A DNA stretch of 64,000 bases from an uncultured Bacteroidota bacterium (GTDB taxonomy: Bacteria > Bacteroidota > Rhodothermia > Rhodothermales > Salinibacteraceae). The stretch lies in contig CAJXLV010000012.1 in the NCBI GenBank assembly GCA_913056185.1, forward strand, positions 3,688-67,687, read 5' to 3'. Positions 1 to 9,685 of the stretch are shown in pieces (positions within the stretch are counted from its first letter, which is position 1; the number at the start of each line of letters is the position of its first letter). The notes under the pieces were generated by a model. The model had not been told where the DNA came from, did not search any database, and worked only from the letters and a program-made list of their open reading frames with translations. A program made the position numbers and the translations under genes.

Positions 1-611
1 GCCTCCACTACACGCACGAGACGCACCTGGCGCCTGCGCAGGCCCCGTTCTTTCTATTCTTTGAGACGGTCGATTCCCATTCGCTCTGGAACTACGGCCT
101 GCCGCCAGTCCCCCCCGACTGGCGCCAGTTCAACGACCAGACGACGGCCCGCCGCTCGCCTCACCCCGACACGGCCTCGTTTCCGCCGGTCTTTCTTCCG
201 GACTCCATCACGGCCCCCGTCATCTACGACCAGCCCACGCCGCTCCGCTACCTCCGCCATGTCGCCCACGAATGGCGCATCCTCCGCGACTACCTGACCG
301 CCAAGGCGCCCCCCGGCAGCCTGGTCCTGATCCTGGGCGATCATCAACCGCCCCTCCTCGAAACAACACGCAACACAGTGCCCCTGCACGTCCTCAGTCG
401 CGACTCCACACTCGTCGACCGCGTGCGCCGGCAGGGCTTCACCGAGGGACTACGCCCCACCGATCAGAGCCCCCGCCTCCGCCAGGAAAGCCTGTATGCC
501 TTCCTCGTCCGCCTCCTCGCGGCACACGACCGTGGCGGCCCGCCCCCGGACACCTCAGGCCTTCCCCCGCAACAGCCCACAGGCGTTTCGCCATCGCTCC
601 TGTTGCCCTGA
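1..611 (+). CDS. Sulfatase-like / alkaline-phosphatase-superfamily protein, C-terminal part (5' truncated by window)
   Basis: Frame 3 is open from base 3 to the TGA at 609-611. It reads ...PFFLFFETVDSHSLW...SLVLILGDHQPP..., the GDH metal motif of this superfamily. Confidence 0.65.
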   Translation, partial: LHYTHETHLAPAQAPFFLFFETVDSHSLWNYGLPPVPPDWRQFNDQTTARRSPHPDTASFPPVFLPDSITAPVIYDQPTPLRYLRHVAHEWRILRDYLTAKAPPGSLVLILGDHQPPLLETTRNTVPLHVLSRDSTLVDRVRRQGFTEGLRPTDQSPRLRQESLYAFLVRLLAAHDRGGPPPDTSGLPPQQPTGVSPSLLLP

Positions 612-630
612 GTTGCCTCTCGCAGTCCTG

Positions 631-1698
631 CTACGCCGTCGCCGCACGGGCGTGGAGCACCGCCAGCGCCTTCCCAAATCGATCGGCCGCCTCCGCCCAC
701 GTCGGGAACATTCGGCTCCGCCGCCACGCCGCGCGCCCGCAGTGCCGCCGCCCCAGCGCATCGTTCAGAAACCCCCGGACGGCTGCCCGGGCGGCACGGG
801 CGTTGCCCGGAGGCACCAGCGCTCCGGCCGCCGCCGAGCCAAAGTTCTCGGGCATCCCCCCAACGCGCTGCCCCACCACCGGCAGCCCCCGGGCCATCGC
901 CTCGCGCGTGGACAGGCTGCACGTCTCAAACGGCGACGGAAGGACGAAGAGATCGGCCCGATCGTAGCGTGCAGGCAGCGCGTCGGGGGCCAGCCCCCCC
1001 GTCCACACCACCCGGTGCGCAAGCCCAGCTTCGCGAAGGCGTTGTCGCACGCTCGCCGCGTAGTCGGCATCGATTGACACATCGCCTACCACCTGCCACG
1101 TCCACGCGAGGTCCTGCAGGCCCGCCAGCACATCGACAAACGCCCTTAGGCCCTTCGTGGGAAGCACATTGGCCACAGTGAGCAGGCGCGCTGTGCCCTG
1201 CCGCAGACGGGGCGGGCACGCACCGCGGTACCGCGCGTGGAGCCCCGGCTGGACGACCCGCACCTGTTCGGCCGCAAATCCCTCGTCGAGGAGAGCCTGC
1301 CGCACGTATTGGCTCGGCGTGATGGCGGCATCCAGTTCCGCGAGGGAGGCCCGCTCTGCCGCCGCCACGGCTGCATCGGTCGCCTGAGGGTCTACGCACG
1401 TAAGGTAATGCGCCAGCAGCACGAGCGTAGCTGCCGGCCGGGCCGCGCGGAGGGCGCGGAGGGCACGGGGAGTGCGGGTCAGCAGACTATCCACCACAAT
1501 CACCTCAGCCCTCGTCCCCCCAAGCGCCTCTGCCGACGCGGCCGCCGGGACCCAGGGGCAAACGCGGACGGGCGTCGTCGACCGCATCCCTGCAATCATG
1601 CGCCGGTTGTACACATTCCCCCCGGTCTGCAACGCGTGAATCTCAGGGACCAAGAAGAGAACCGACGGGCGGGGCCGAGGCGGGGCGGAAGTAGGCAT
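631..1698 (-). CDS. Glycosyltransferase family 4 (GT-B)
   Basis: N-terminal QTGGNVYNRRM; C-terminal ADLFVLPSPFETCSLSTREAMARGLPVV (E-x7-E motif). Confidence 0.9.
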   Translation of the reverse strand: MPTSAPPRPRPSVLFLVPEIHALQTGGNVYNRRMIAGMRSTTPVRVCPWVPAAASAEALGGTRAEVIVVDSLLTRTPRALRALRAARPAATLVLLAHYLTCVDPQATDAAVAAAERASLAELDAAITPSQYVRQALLDEGFAAEQVRVVQPGLHARYRGACPPRLRQGTARLLTVANVLPTKGLRAFVDVLAGLQDLAWTWQVVGDVSIDADYAASVRQRLREAGLAHRVVWTGGLAPDALPARYDRADLFVLPSPFETCSLSTREAMARGLPVVGQRVGGMPENFGSAAAGALVPPGNARAARAAVRGFLNDALGRRHCGRAAWRRSRMFPTWAEAADRFGKALAVLHARAATA

Positions 1699-1814
1699 GG
1701 CATCTCAGGGTGAGAACACAGGCTCTTTGCCCGCAGACAACCAAAGGCGACGGCGAGCGTTTAGGGTGCACCTATGTTCCGCACTCTCGTTCTCCGGATC
1801 TGTTCTCGCACCCC

Positions 1815-2588
1815 ATGGCCGGCCACACACGCAAGTGGGCAAAAGTCAAGCGCAAGAAACAGAAAGACGACCGGCGCAAGTCCAAAATTTGGGCCAAGCT
1901 GTCCCAAGAAATTGAGGCGGCTGTTCGTGAGAGCGGGGCAGACCCCACCGCCAACGTGGCCCTGTCGCAGGCCCTGGAGCGGGCTCGCGAGGAGGACATG
2001 GCAAAAGACACCATCGAACGGGCCATCAAGCGGGGACTTGGGGAGCTGGAGGGAGAGGGCCGCAAGAAGGTGACGTACGAGGGCTACGCGCCGCACGGGG
2101 TGGCCGTGTTTGTGGAGGCCGAAACCGACAACATCAACCGTACGGTGAAGGACCTCCGCAATCTGCTTACCGACCACGGCGGCAACCTGGGCAAGGACGG
2201 ATCGGTGGCGTACCTCTTTGAACAGAAGGGGCGCCTGGTGCTTCCAACTGACACGGCGGACGAGATGACGCTCTTTGAGCTTGCGGTGGAGGCGGGAGCA
2301 GAAGACGTGGAGAAGACCGACGGGACGTACGTCGTTACGACTCCGCGAGAGGTGTTTTCCGACGTCGAGGCGGCCCTCGACGCGGCAGGCCTCCAGGTGG
2401 ACGCAGCCAGCCTCCTCCGCACCCCCACCACGACTGTGTCGCTGGCCCCAGGTGTGCAGGCGGAGGTGACGTCCTTGATTGAGAAGATTCACGGACTAAA
2501 GGACGTGGAGGCCGTCTACACGACCCTGCAGGTAGGAGGTGTGCCCCTCATGCACGGCCCCGACGCTGCCCCGGCACCCGCCCCTTGA
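1815..2588 (+). CDS. yebC: YebC/PmpR family protein
   Basis: MAGHTRKWAKVKRKK start, YEGYAPHGVA and TDNINRT motifs, directly upstream of ruvC. Confidence 0.95.
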   Translation: MAGHTRKWAKVKRKKQKDDRRKSKIWAKLSQEIEAAVRESGADPTANVALSQALERAREEDMAKDTIERAIKRGLGELEGEGRKKVTYEGYAPHGVAVFVEAETDNINRTVKDLRNLLTDHGGNLGKDGSVAYLFEQKGRLVLPTDTADEMTLFELAVEAGAEDVEKTDGTYVVTTPREVFSDVEAALDAAGLQVDAASLLRTPTTTVSLAPGVQAEVTSLIEKIHGLKDVEAVYTTLQVGGVPLMHGPDAAPAPAP

Positions 2589-2642
2589 GGCACGCTTGTT
2601 GTTTCGTTTGCCCATCCCCCTTCCACGCCCCCCCGCAGCCCC

Positions 2643-3182
2643 ATGCTCATCCTTGGGATCGATCCTGGCTCTCGGGCCACCGGCTTCGGCCTCGTGGCCA
2701 CCGGAGGCACGGAGGAACAGTTCGTCACCGCCGATACGATCCGTCTGGAGGCCACCGACGAACACCCCGACCGGCTGAAGCAGATTTACGATGCCCTCAT
2801 CGACGTGATCGACACGCACGAGCCCGAAGCGTTTTCCATCGAGATGCCCGTGTACGGGCAGAATCCCCAGTCCATGCTCAAGCTGGGACGGGCGCAGGCC
2901 GCCGCGATGATGGCCGCCCTCAACCGCAGCCTCCCTGTCGCCCAGTACACCCCGAAAGAGATTAAAAAATCTGTGACGGGGAACGGAAACGCCTCGAAGA
3001 CGCAGGTGCGTTATATGATCGACGCGATCTTGTCGACCAACGACCGCGACTTGTCCCACGATGCTTCGGATGCGCTCGCCATTGCGCTGTGCCACGCCAA
3101 CCGCGACGCCCACGACGGGGGGCAGTCTTACACCGGATGGGCCAGCTTTGTCGACGCCAATCCGGACCGAGTCTCTGACTGA
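2643..3182 (+). CDS. ruvC: Holliday junction resolvase RuvC
   Basis: ILGIDPG, SIE, KKSVTGNGNASK and DASDALAIA; the acidic catalytic residues are present. Confidence 0.95.
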   Translation: MLILGIDPGSRATGFGLVATGGTEEQFVTADTIRLEATDEHPDRLKQIYDALIDVIDTHEPEAFSIEMPVYGQNPQSMLKLGRAQAAAMMAALNRSLPVAQYTPKEIKKSVTGNGNASKTQVRYMIDAILSTNDRDLSHDASDALAIALCHANRDAHDGGQSYTGWASFVDANPDRVSD

Positions 3183-3235
3183 GCGATGCGCGTTGGGGCC
3201 GCCCCGGTCGGGCCCAGCGTGTTAGCCCACGTCCC

Positions 3236-3511
3236 TCAACGGTACCCCTTCTCCTTGTCGCGCACCCGCACCACCTCTTCCACCTCGTCGGCACTCAGCG
3301 CCCCCTCGCTCAACTGCACAGCCAGTTCTGCAATGCGCGCCACTTTATTTGGGGCCTGGCGCCACTCGGGATGTGCCTGGTCAATGAGGCTGATCAGGAT
3401 GCGGAGATATGGATAACGCTCCTCCGGCGACTCAAGATCGGCGACGGATTGTGCAAACAGTTCGGCGTTGCGGCCCACCTGTCGGTCGACCATTGTGGTG
3501 TCGTAACGCAT
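3236..3511 (-). CDS. Hypothetical protein, DUF4290-like
   Basis: 91 aa from ATG 3511: MRYDTTMVDRQVGRNAELFAQSVADLESPEER... The GRN/ER pattern resembles DUF4290 (recollection). Confidence 0.55.
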   Translation of the reverse strand: MRYDTTMVDRQVGRNAELFAQSVADLESPEERYPYLRILISLIDQAHPEWRQAPNKVARIAELAVQLSEGALSADEVEEVVRVRDKEKGYR

Positions 3512-3704
3512 GGGAAGGGGGAAAGACCCTAAAGCAGGAGTTGAGGGGGAGGCGTGTGTGAGGCCCGAACAGACGCAGCTTTTCCTACGCACCGGTTTGC
3601 CGAGAGTTGCCCGGTTTTTTGAAGAGATGGCCTGTGCCCCTCCGCGAACTTCGTTCCCGGGGCTCCGTACAGCTTGACGCACGAATCAGCTCTCCCCCTC
3701 CGCC

Positions 3705-3989
3705 ATGGACGACCAGTCGAACAACTTTACGACCCCCTACCAGCTGGAGCGTCTGCCTGAGGTCCCCGCCTATCACCGCGATGCACGACGCGGCGGGCGT
3801 CTTTCGGAAGGACATCTTGTCTACTACGGCCCCCACCCCTCCTACTACGGCATTGGCGAGGTGAAGCGCATCAACGGTTCCAACATTGCCGTCGACTTCC
3901 GCGGCACCGGCCTCTTCAACGTCCATGAAGAGATCATGGACCAGCGTTACCTAATTCGCATCCCGCAAGAGAAGATGTCGAAGCTTTGA
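3705..3989 (+). CDS. Small hypothetical protein, possible SH3/KOW-like beta-barrel
   Basis: 94 aa with normal composition; LVYY...YGIGEVKRINGSNIAVDF fits a beta-barrel pattern. Confidence 0.6.
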   Translation: MDDQSNNFTTPYQLERLPEVPAYHRDARRGGRLSEGHLVYYGPHPSYYGIGEVKRINGSNIAVDFRGTGLFNVHEEIMDQRYLIRIPQEKMSKL

Positions 3990-4413
3990 CACTTCCCCGG
4001 CCAACGCCGGGAGATTCTCTGGCGCTTCCATGCGTCTTCTCCCAGATCAGCGCGGGAGCTTTACTGCGCTGCGAAGCGAGTGCCTGTAGAGTGCTCTTCT
4101 CCCGCACTACTCAGCACTGTAATCCCCGGCCGCACCGCCGTCCCCAGCCGCACTGCCCTGCGTGCGCGCCCAGATCCGGAAGACTGCATCCGGGAAGAAG
4201 ATTCCCGTCCGGCAGTATGCTCGCCGAGGACGGACGGGCGCACACCTGCCTCTCTTTCTGCGCCCGGTACGCGACGGGCAGGGGGTTTTGAAAGTGCTCC
4301 CCCGACTCCTGTAACAACCGCCCCCGTCGGCTCGTAGTCCCGGTGCAAAGATGCCCCAGCCCGTACACCGGCGCGTCTTTGCTGTGTGTGCCCTCCGCAG
4401 CCGCCCGTGCCCC

Positions 4414-5361
4414 ATGGCCCAGCTTCACGTCTCCGACGTCGCCAAGACCTACGGCGCAACCACCGCCGTCGATCACGTATCGTTTTCCGCTGCCCCCGGG
4501 CGCATCCTGGGCCTGCTTGGGCCGAACGGCGCCGGCAAAACCTCCACCATTCGGATGATCACGCACATCACAAGGCCGGATTCCGGATCGGTGACGTACG
4601 ACGGCAGGCCGGTGGGGCCGTGGAGCCAGCAGCGCATGGGCTACCTGCCCGAGGAGCGTGGCCTCTACAAGCGGCTGAAGGTGAAGGAGCAACTCGTCTA
4701 CCTCGGCACGCTGAAGGGACTGCCCAGACGAGAGGCGAGCGAGAAGGCCGACTACTGGCTCGACCGTTTCGACGCGTCGGACTGGGGCTCGATGAAGACC
4801 GAAGAGCTCTCGAAGGGCATGCAGCAGAAGATTCAGTTCATCGCCACGCTGCTGCATGACCCGTCCCTCCTCATCTTCGACGAGCCCTTCAGCGGCCTCG
4901 ACCCCATCAACGCGGATCTGCTGCGCGACATCATCCTCGACCTGCGCAAGGACGACCGCACCATCCTTTTTGCCTCGCACCGCATGGAGCAAGTGGAGCA
5001 GCTGTGCGACGACATCTGCCTCATGGCACGCGGCGAAATTGTTCTGCGGGGCGCCCTGCGTGACGTCAAACGCCAGTTCGGCCGCAACACCGTGGTCGTA
5101 GAGTTTGACGGCAACGATGCGTTTGTCGATGCGCTTGTGGATGCGGACATCGTGCGCGTCAACACCCGCACTGCACACCGGGCCGAATTGACACTGACTG
5201 GCAACGCCCCGGCGCGGCGCGTTCTGGACGCGGCACTCTCGGGGGTCGACGAGTTGTACCGCTTCGAGCGCGTGGAGCCCCCGCTGAGTGAGATTTTTGT
5301 GGAGACGGTGGGCGAGGCGGAGGCACGCCGCATGCAGGAGCAGGCCGTCGCTGCCGCCTGA
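4414..5361 (+). CDS. ABC transporter ATP-binding protein (NatA-like)
   Basis: GPNGAGKT, LSKGMQQK, FDEP and ASH motifs; C-terminal FERVEPPLSEIFV. Confidence 0.92.
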   Translation: MAQLHVSDVAKTYGATTAVDHVSFSAAPGRILGLLGPNGAGKTSTIRMITHITRPDSGSVTYDGRPVGPWSQQRMGYLPEERGLYKRLKVKEQLVYLGTLKGLPRREASEKADYWLDRFDASDWGSMKTEELSKGMQQKIQFIATLLHDPSLLIFDEPFSGLDPINADLLRDIILDLRKDDRTILFASHRMEQVEQLCDDICLMARGEIVLRGALRDVKRQFGRNTVVVEFDGNDAFVDALVDADIVRVNTRTAHRAELTLTGNAPARRVLDAALSGVDELYRFERVEPPLSEIFVETVGEAEARRMQEQAVAAA

Positions 5362-5407
5362 CCCCCGCCCCTTCCTCCGCTCTTCTTGTTTTCGCCTCGG
5401 TCTCTCG

Positions 5408-6703
5408 ATGTACAAAATTTGGCTGATCCTTCGGAGCGAGTTTTGGCGCCGCGTGCGCTCTACCACATTCATCGTGGCCACTCTCCTGGCGCCCCTCCTG
5501 CTTATCGCCCTCATGTTTGCCCCCGCCCTGCTTGGCGAGCTGGGCGAGGAGTCGTCGGAGCACACCGTGGCCGTGGTGGACCACACCGGTACGCTGCTCG
5601 ATCGGCTGCAGGACGCTTCCGGGGAGGCCTCGCGGCTTACCTTCGTGGCGGCCAATCCCCCCACCGACTCGTTGCGCGCGGCGGTGCTGGCCGGCGAGTA
5701 CGACGGGTTCGTCGTTCTCCCGACGTCGCTGCTAACGGACGACAACGAAACGGTCACGTACTACAGCACCGAGAGCAGCCTCGGCGGCCCGGCGCGGCTG
5801 GAGAGTAGGCTGGAGGACGCAGTGCGCGATGCGGTGCTTGCGGCCCGCGAGGTGCCCGACACTATTCAGGCCCTCATGGAACGTGAGGTGAATGTCTCGC
5901 CCCAGGTCCTCTCCGAAGAAGGCGAGGCCGGCAGTGGCATCATCCTGACGTTCATCGGCTTCGGGATGGCCTTCCTCATCTACTTCGCTGTGTTTATCTA
6001 CGGTCAGTTTGTGATGCAGGGCGTCATCCAAGAGAAAAGCAACCGCGTCGTTGAGGTCGTCGTGTCGTCGGTGCGGCCGTTCGAGCTGCTCATGGGCAAG
6101 GTGCTGGGCGTAGGGGCCATGGGCCTGACACAGATGATCGTCTGGGTGGCTCTGGCTGGGGCCGGCATGACATTCGCCGGCACCCTTCTGGCCCTCTTCG
6201 TCACACCTGCTGACCTCGGCGTGCCCACCGATGCCTCAGCGCAGGAGCTAATGGCGGCGGCCGGCATCACGATGCCTTCCATACCCTTCTCCCTCGTGGT
6301 CTGGTTTCTGCTCTTCTTTGTGGGCGGCTATCTGCTCTACGCCAGCCTCTTCGCCGCTGTGGGCTCCGCGGTAGAGCAGCAACAGGATGCGCAAAACCTG
6401 ATGTATCCGGTCTTCATCCCCCTCGTGGTGCCGCTCATGTTCGTAACGTTCGTCGTGGAGTCGCCAGACTCAATGCTGTCGCTCGTTCTGTCGCTCGTGC
6501 CCTTCTTCTCTCCCATCATCATGCCGCTGCGCATGACCGCCGCGGCCGTCCCCGTCTGGCAGACGCTCCTCGCGTTCGGACTCCTCGTGGGCGGCTTTGT
6601 CTTCACCATCTGGGTGGCCGCACGCATCTACCGAATCGGCATCTTTATGTACGGCAAGACGCCAAGCCTCACTGAGGTCGTCAAGTGGGCCACGTATCGG
6701 TAG
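5408..6703 (+). CDS. ABC-2 type permease (NatB/YhaP-like)
   Basis: One N-terminal TM helix, a large external domain and QEKSNRVVEVVVSSV...LMGKVLG; follows the ATPase gene. Confidence 0.9.
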   Translation: MYKIWLILRSEFWRRVRSTTFIVATLLAPLLLIALMFAPALLGELGEESSEHTVAVVDHTGTLLDRLQDASGEASRLTFVAANPPTDSLRAAVLAGEYDGFVVLPTSLLTDDNETVTYYSTESSLGGPARLESRLEDAVRDAVLAAREVPDTIQALMEREVNVSPQVLSEEGEAGSGIILTFIGFGMAFLIYFAVFIYGQFVMQGVIQEKSNRVVEVVVSSVRPFELLMGKVLGVGAMGLTQMIVWVALAGAGMTFAGTLLALFVTPADLGVPTDASAQELMAAAGITMPSIPFSLVVWFLLFFVGGYLLYASLFAAVGSAVEQQQDAQNLMYPVFIPLVVPLMFVTFVVESPDSMLSLVLSLVPFFSPIIMPLRMTAAAVPVWQTLLAFGLLVGGFVFTIWVAARIYRIGIFMYGKTPSLTEVVKWATYR

Positions 6704-6726
6704 TCGCGGAGCCGGTAGTCGCGGAG
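6698..6726. repeat. 14-bp direct repeat x2 spanning the permease stop codon
   Basis: CGGTAGTCGCGGAG at 6698-6711 and 6713-6726. Confidence 0.85.
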
Positions 6727-6983
6727 TACCGACGGCCTCCCCCCAGGCCGAGACCGACGCCTGCGCCCTCCCACTCGCGGTCTGCCTCCCGCATTTCATG
6801 CGGGTTTTGTGGCTTCTGGGCGTCAGTCCTCCGCAATGTCCCCACGCCGAGCGATCTTTTCGCGCGCCCACGCATTGGAAGGGGTTGCCGGAAGCTTCCC
6901 ACCCCGCAGCTACGAAACGGGGTAGCTGTGAAGCGGACTCCCCCCGGTCGCTCTCGTCGTTTCAGTGCAACTGCTCCTCGCTT

Positions 6984-8360
6984 ATGGACACCACACTCTC
7001 GAAGGCCTCCCCGGTCGAGTATGAACTGGACCTCCACGCCACGGCCGATGAACTGGAGCCCAAACTGAAGGAGGCCCTGAAGGCCCAGCGCAAAAATATG
7101 GACGTGCAGGGCTTTCGGAAGGGCAAGGTCCCGCTCGGGCTGGTCAAAAAAATGCACGGCGAGGCCATTGGGTACCGGGTGGCCGAGCAGTTCGTCCAAA
7201 ACGCCTTTGAAGAGACTGTGGAGGCGAGTGACGACCTTGAGCCGCTGGGGCAGCCCACGCTTGTAGACCTGGACTATGAGCTGGACGCGGACTTGGAGGC
7301 GACCCTGCGGTTCGGCGTACGGCCCACAGTGGAGCTCGAGGATCTTTCGTCCGTGGAGCTCTCGATGCTGGCCCCGGAGATTACCGATGAGGATGTGGAT
7401 GAAGAGATCGAGCGTCTCCGGACGGAGGAGGCCGACCTGCTTCCCCTCGAGGACGAGCCGGCGGGGGAGACCGACTTTGTGAACATTGACCTCCAACGCA
7501 TCGACCCGCAGACCGACACGCCCATCATTGGCGACAAGGACGAGGACCTCACGTTCTTTCTGGACGATGAGCGCCTCAAGCAGGAGCTGCGCGAGGGGCT
7601 TACGGGCAAACAGGCCGGTGACACCTTCCGCGTAATGCTGCCTCAGGACCTTCACGCGCACGACCATCCGCACGGCGCCGATGCCGACCACGACCACGGC
7701 GAGGAGGACGACCGCCTCTACGAGGTCACGGTCAACGACGTGAAGCGCCGCGACTTGCCGCCGCTCGACGCAGAGTTCGTCCGCCGTGCGACGGAAGGCG
7801 AGCTTGAGGACGTGGACGCGCTTCGCCAAGACATTCGCGAGCGCCTGCAGGACGCCTGGGACCAGCGCGCCCGTGAGATGGCGCAGGGGGAGGTGATCGA
7901 TACGATGTTGGAGCTGCACCCGGTGCCCGTGCCCGAATCGGTCATCGAGGGGTACCTGGATTCGTTCGTGAAGCAGGTGGAAGAGGAAAACGACGGCGAG
8001 CGGCCCGACGACTTTGACGAGGAGCACTTCCGCCGCCGCAACCGGCGCGACGCGGAGAAGCAAGGCCGCTGGATGCTGATCCGCGACCGGGTGATTGAGG
8101 AGGCGGGCCTGGAGGCCACCGAGGACGACATCCAGGCCTTCTTTGCCGACCAGGCACAGGGCGGCGACGTGACCCCCCAGCAAATCCAGCAGTTCTACCG
8201 CTCGATGCCTCAGATGATGGAGAAGGTGGAACAGCAAATTCTAAGCGACAAGGTGTTCGACCTTCTGCTGGAGCGCTTCGATGTGCAGCACAAAAGCCGT
8301 GAGGAGTTTGAAGCCGAAATGCAGCAAGAGCAGGAGGCGCGCCAGCGCGTGGCCCCGTAG
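6984..8360 (+). CDS. tig: Trigger factor, with a His-rich insertion
   Basis: GFRKGK ribosome-binding signature; upstream of clpP; very acidic. Confidence 0.95.
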   Translation: MDTTLSKASPVEYELDLHATADELEPKLKEALKAQRKNMDVQGFRKGKVPLGLVKKMHGEAIGYRVAEQFVQNAFEETVEASDDLEPLGQPTLVDLDYELDADLEATLRFGVRPTVELEDLSSVELSMLAPEITDEDVDEEIERLRTEEADLLPLEDEPAGETDFVNIDLQRIDPQTDTPIIGDKDEDLTFFLDDERLKQELREGLTGKQAGDTFRVMLPQDLHAHDHPHGADADHDHGEEDDRLYEVTVNDVKRRDLPPLDAEFVRRATEGELEDVDALRQDIRERLQDAWDQRAREMAQGEVIDTMLELHPVPVPESVIEGYLDSFVKQVEEENDGERPDDFDEEHFRRRNRRDAEKQGRWMLIRDRVIEEAGLEATEDDIQAFFADQAQGGDVTPQQIQQFYRSMPQMMEKVEQQILSDKVFDLLLERFDVQHKSREEFEAEMQQEQEARQRVAP

Positions 8361-8501
8361 CCTCTCATGCACGCCCCCTCTGCACACCCTCCCGGCGTCC
8401 CCTCCGCCCACACCGAGACAAAGGGGAACTATTTCGCGCCGCTCAGGGTGTGATTTTTGCCGCACGACCCGTTGCATTCCGCATCGATTTTCCGAGCCGC
8501 C

Positions 8502-9254
8502 ATGGCCGACGCCGACGACTTTATCAGTTTCAGCAGGAGCCTCACCTCTCTCCCCAGCAGCATCTATGACGATGGGCTGGGGGACCAACCAATGTCGGGA
8601 CTCGTGCCGATGGTGGTGGAGCAAACTACCCGAGGCGAACGGGCCTACGACATCTTCAGCCGTCTCTTGAAGGAGCGCATCATCTTCATCGGGACCCCCA
8701 TCAACGACCAGATCGCCAACCTGACGGTGGCGCAGCTGCTGTACCTGGCGAGCGAAAGTTCGGAGAAGCCCATCAATCTCTACATCAACTCGCCGGGTGG
8801 GGTGATCTACAGCGGACTCGGCGTCTACGACACGATGCAGTACGTGGGCGCGCCAGTGTCGACCATCTGCGTGGGCCTGGCCGCCTCCATGGGCTCCGTC
8901 CTGCTGGCCGCCGGGGAAGACGGCAGCCGGGCGTGCCTTCCAAACTCCCGCGTCATGATCCACCAGCCGATGGGCGGGGCTGAAGGCCAGGCCTCTGACA
9001 TTGAAATTCAGGCCGAGGAAATCATGTGGCTGAAGCAGCGCCTCTACGAAATCCTGGCGCTGCACACGGGCCAGACCATCGAGCAGATTGAAGACGATGC
9101 GGACCGAAACTACTGGATGAGCGCCACCGAGGCGGAGGCGTACGGCCTTGTGGATAAGGTCTTGAACCCCAAAAACTTGGAGGGTCTTACCTCGATCGAG
9201 CCAAACGGAGAGCTGGACGAGGGCGCGGATGCGGCGGACGACGAGGACGCGTAG
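8502..9254 (+). CDS. clpP: ATP-dependent Clp protease proteolytic subunit
   Basis: [25 protein letters not shown] (Ser), MIHQP (His), DADRNYW (Asp). Confidence 0.97.
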   Translation: MADADDFISFSRSLTSLPSSIYDDGLGDQPMSGLVPMVVEQTTRGERAYDIFSRLLKERIIFIGTPINDQIANLTVAQLLYLASESSEKPINLYINSPGGVIYSGLGVYDTMQYVGAPVSTICVGLAASMGSVLLAAGEDGSRACLPNSRVMIHQPMGGAEGQASDIEIQAEEIMWLKQRLYEILALHTGQTIEQIEDDADRNYWMSATEAEAYGLVDKVLNPKNLEGLTSIEPNGELDEGADAADDEDA

Positions 9255-9560
9255 ACACGGGACTTCGCAGAAAACCGTCTTTGCTTCTCCTCGGACAAAT
9301 CCGGGAGATTCTCCTGCGGGCTTTGCTGCCCCCATCCCACACGGGTCTGCGTCTCTCGGCAAATGAGCGGAGCGGGTTCACGCGAGTAAAAGCGCGGGAC
9401 CGTTCCTGCGCTGGGGGCGAAGCGACCGAGTGCGTTCGGAGTGCTCGTCTCGCGCTCTCCCCAGTACCCAAACCACTTGCGCCTGGACACCTGCGTCTGT
9501 CGACACCTGGGCGTGCGCCTCCCGACGCGCCCACACAACTCGCGTCCACACAATTTTTGT

Positions 9561-9597
9561 GCGGCGGCCTCGATGCCTCGGGGCCGTCGCCTTTTTG
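9561..9597 (+). terminator. Intrinsic terminator on the + strand
   Basis: 13-bp stem GCGGCGGCCTCGA/TCGGGGCCGTCGC, TGCC loop, then CTTTTTG. Both wobble pairs are G-U only on the + strand. Confidence 0.75.
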
Positions 9598-9620
9598 TGG
9601 CTACTTGCTCAGACAGGCGC

Positions 9621-9673
9621 AAACAAAAAAGGGACGCCGGCCTGGGGGGAGGGAGGAGGAAGGCCGACGCCCC
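9621..9673 (-). terminator. Intrinsic terminator of tRNA-Glu
   Basis: 13-bp stem 9631-9643/9661-9673 with two G-U pairs valid on the - strand, followed by a U6-G-U3 tract (A-run 9621-9630 on +). Confidence 0.7.
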
Positions 9674-9685
9674 TTAAAAAGAGTG

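Noticed and set aside
4095-4260. Cobalamin-riboswitch-like fragments (ACTGTAA, GGGAAG, ACCTGCC) and an SRP-like CAGATCCGGAAG
   Set aside because: The core elements (GGGAA..GGTG..AATCC..CCCGCnACTGT for B12; GAAGCAG for SRP) are missing or wrongly spaced.
4111-5757. 548-aa ORF on the - strand, and similar long Arg/Gly/Pro-rich overlapping ORFs (e.g. 6681-8237, 18267-20303, 31971-33482)
   Set aside because: Shadow frames of well-supported genes.
8502-8600. N-terminal extension of ClpP
   Set aside because: Such extensions are common in Bacteroidota-related ClpP, and the catalytic triad is normal.
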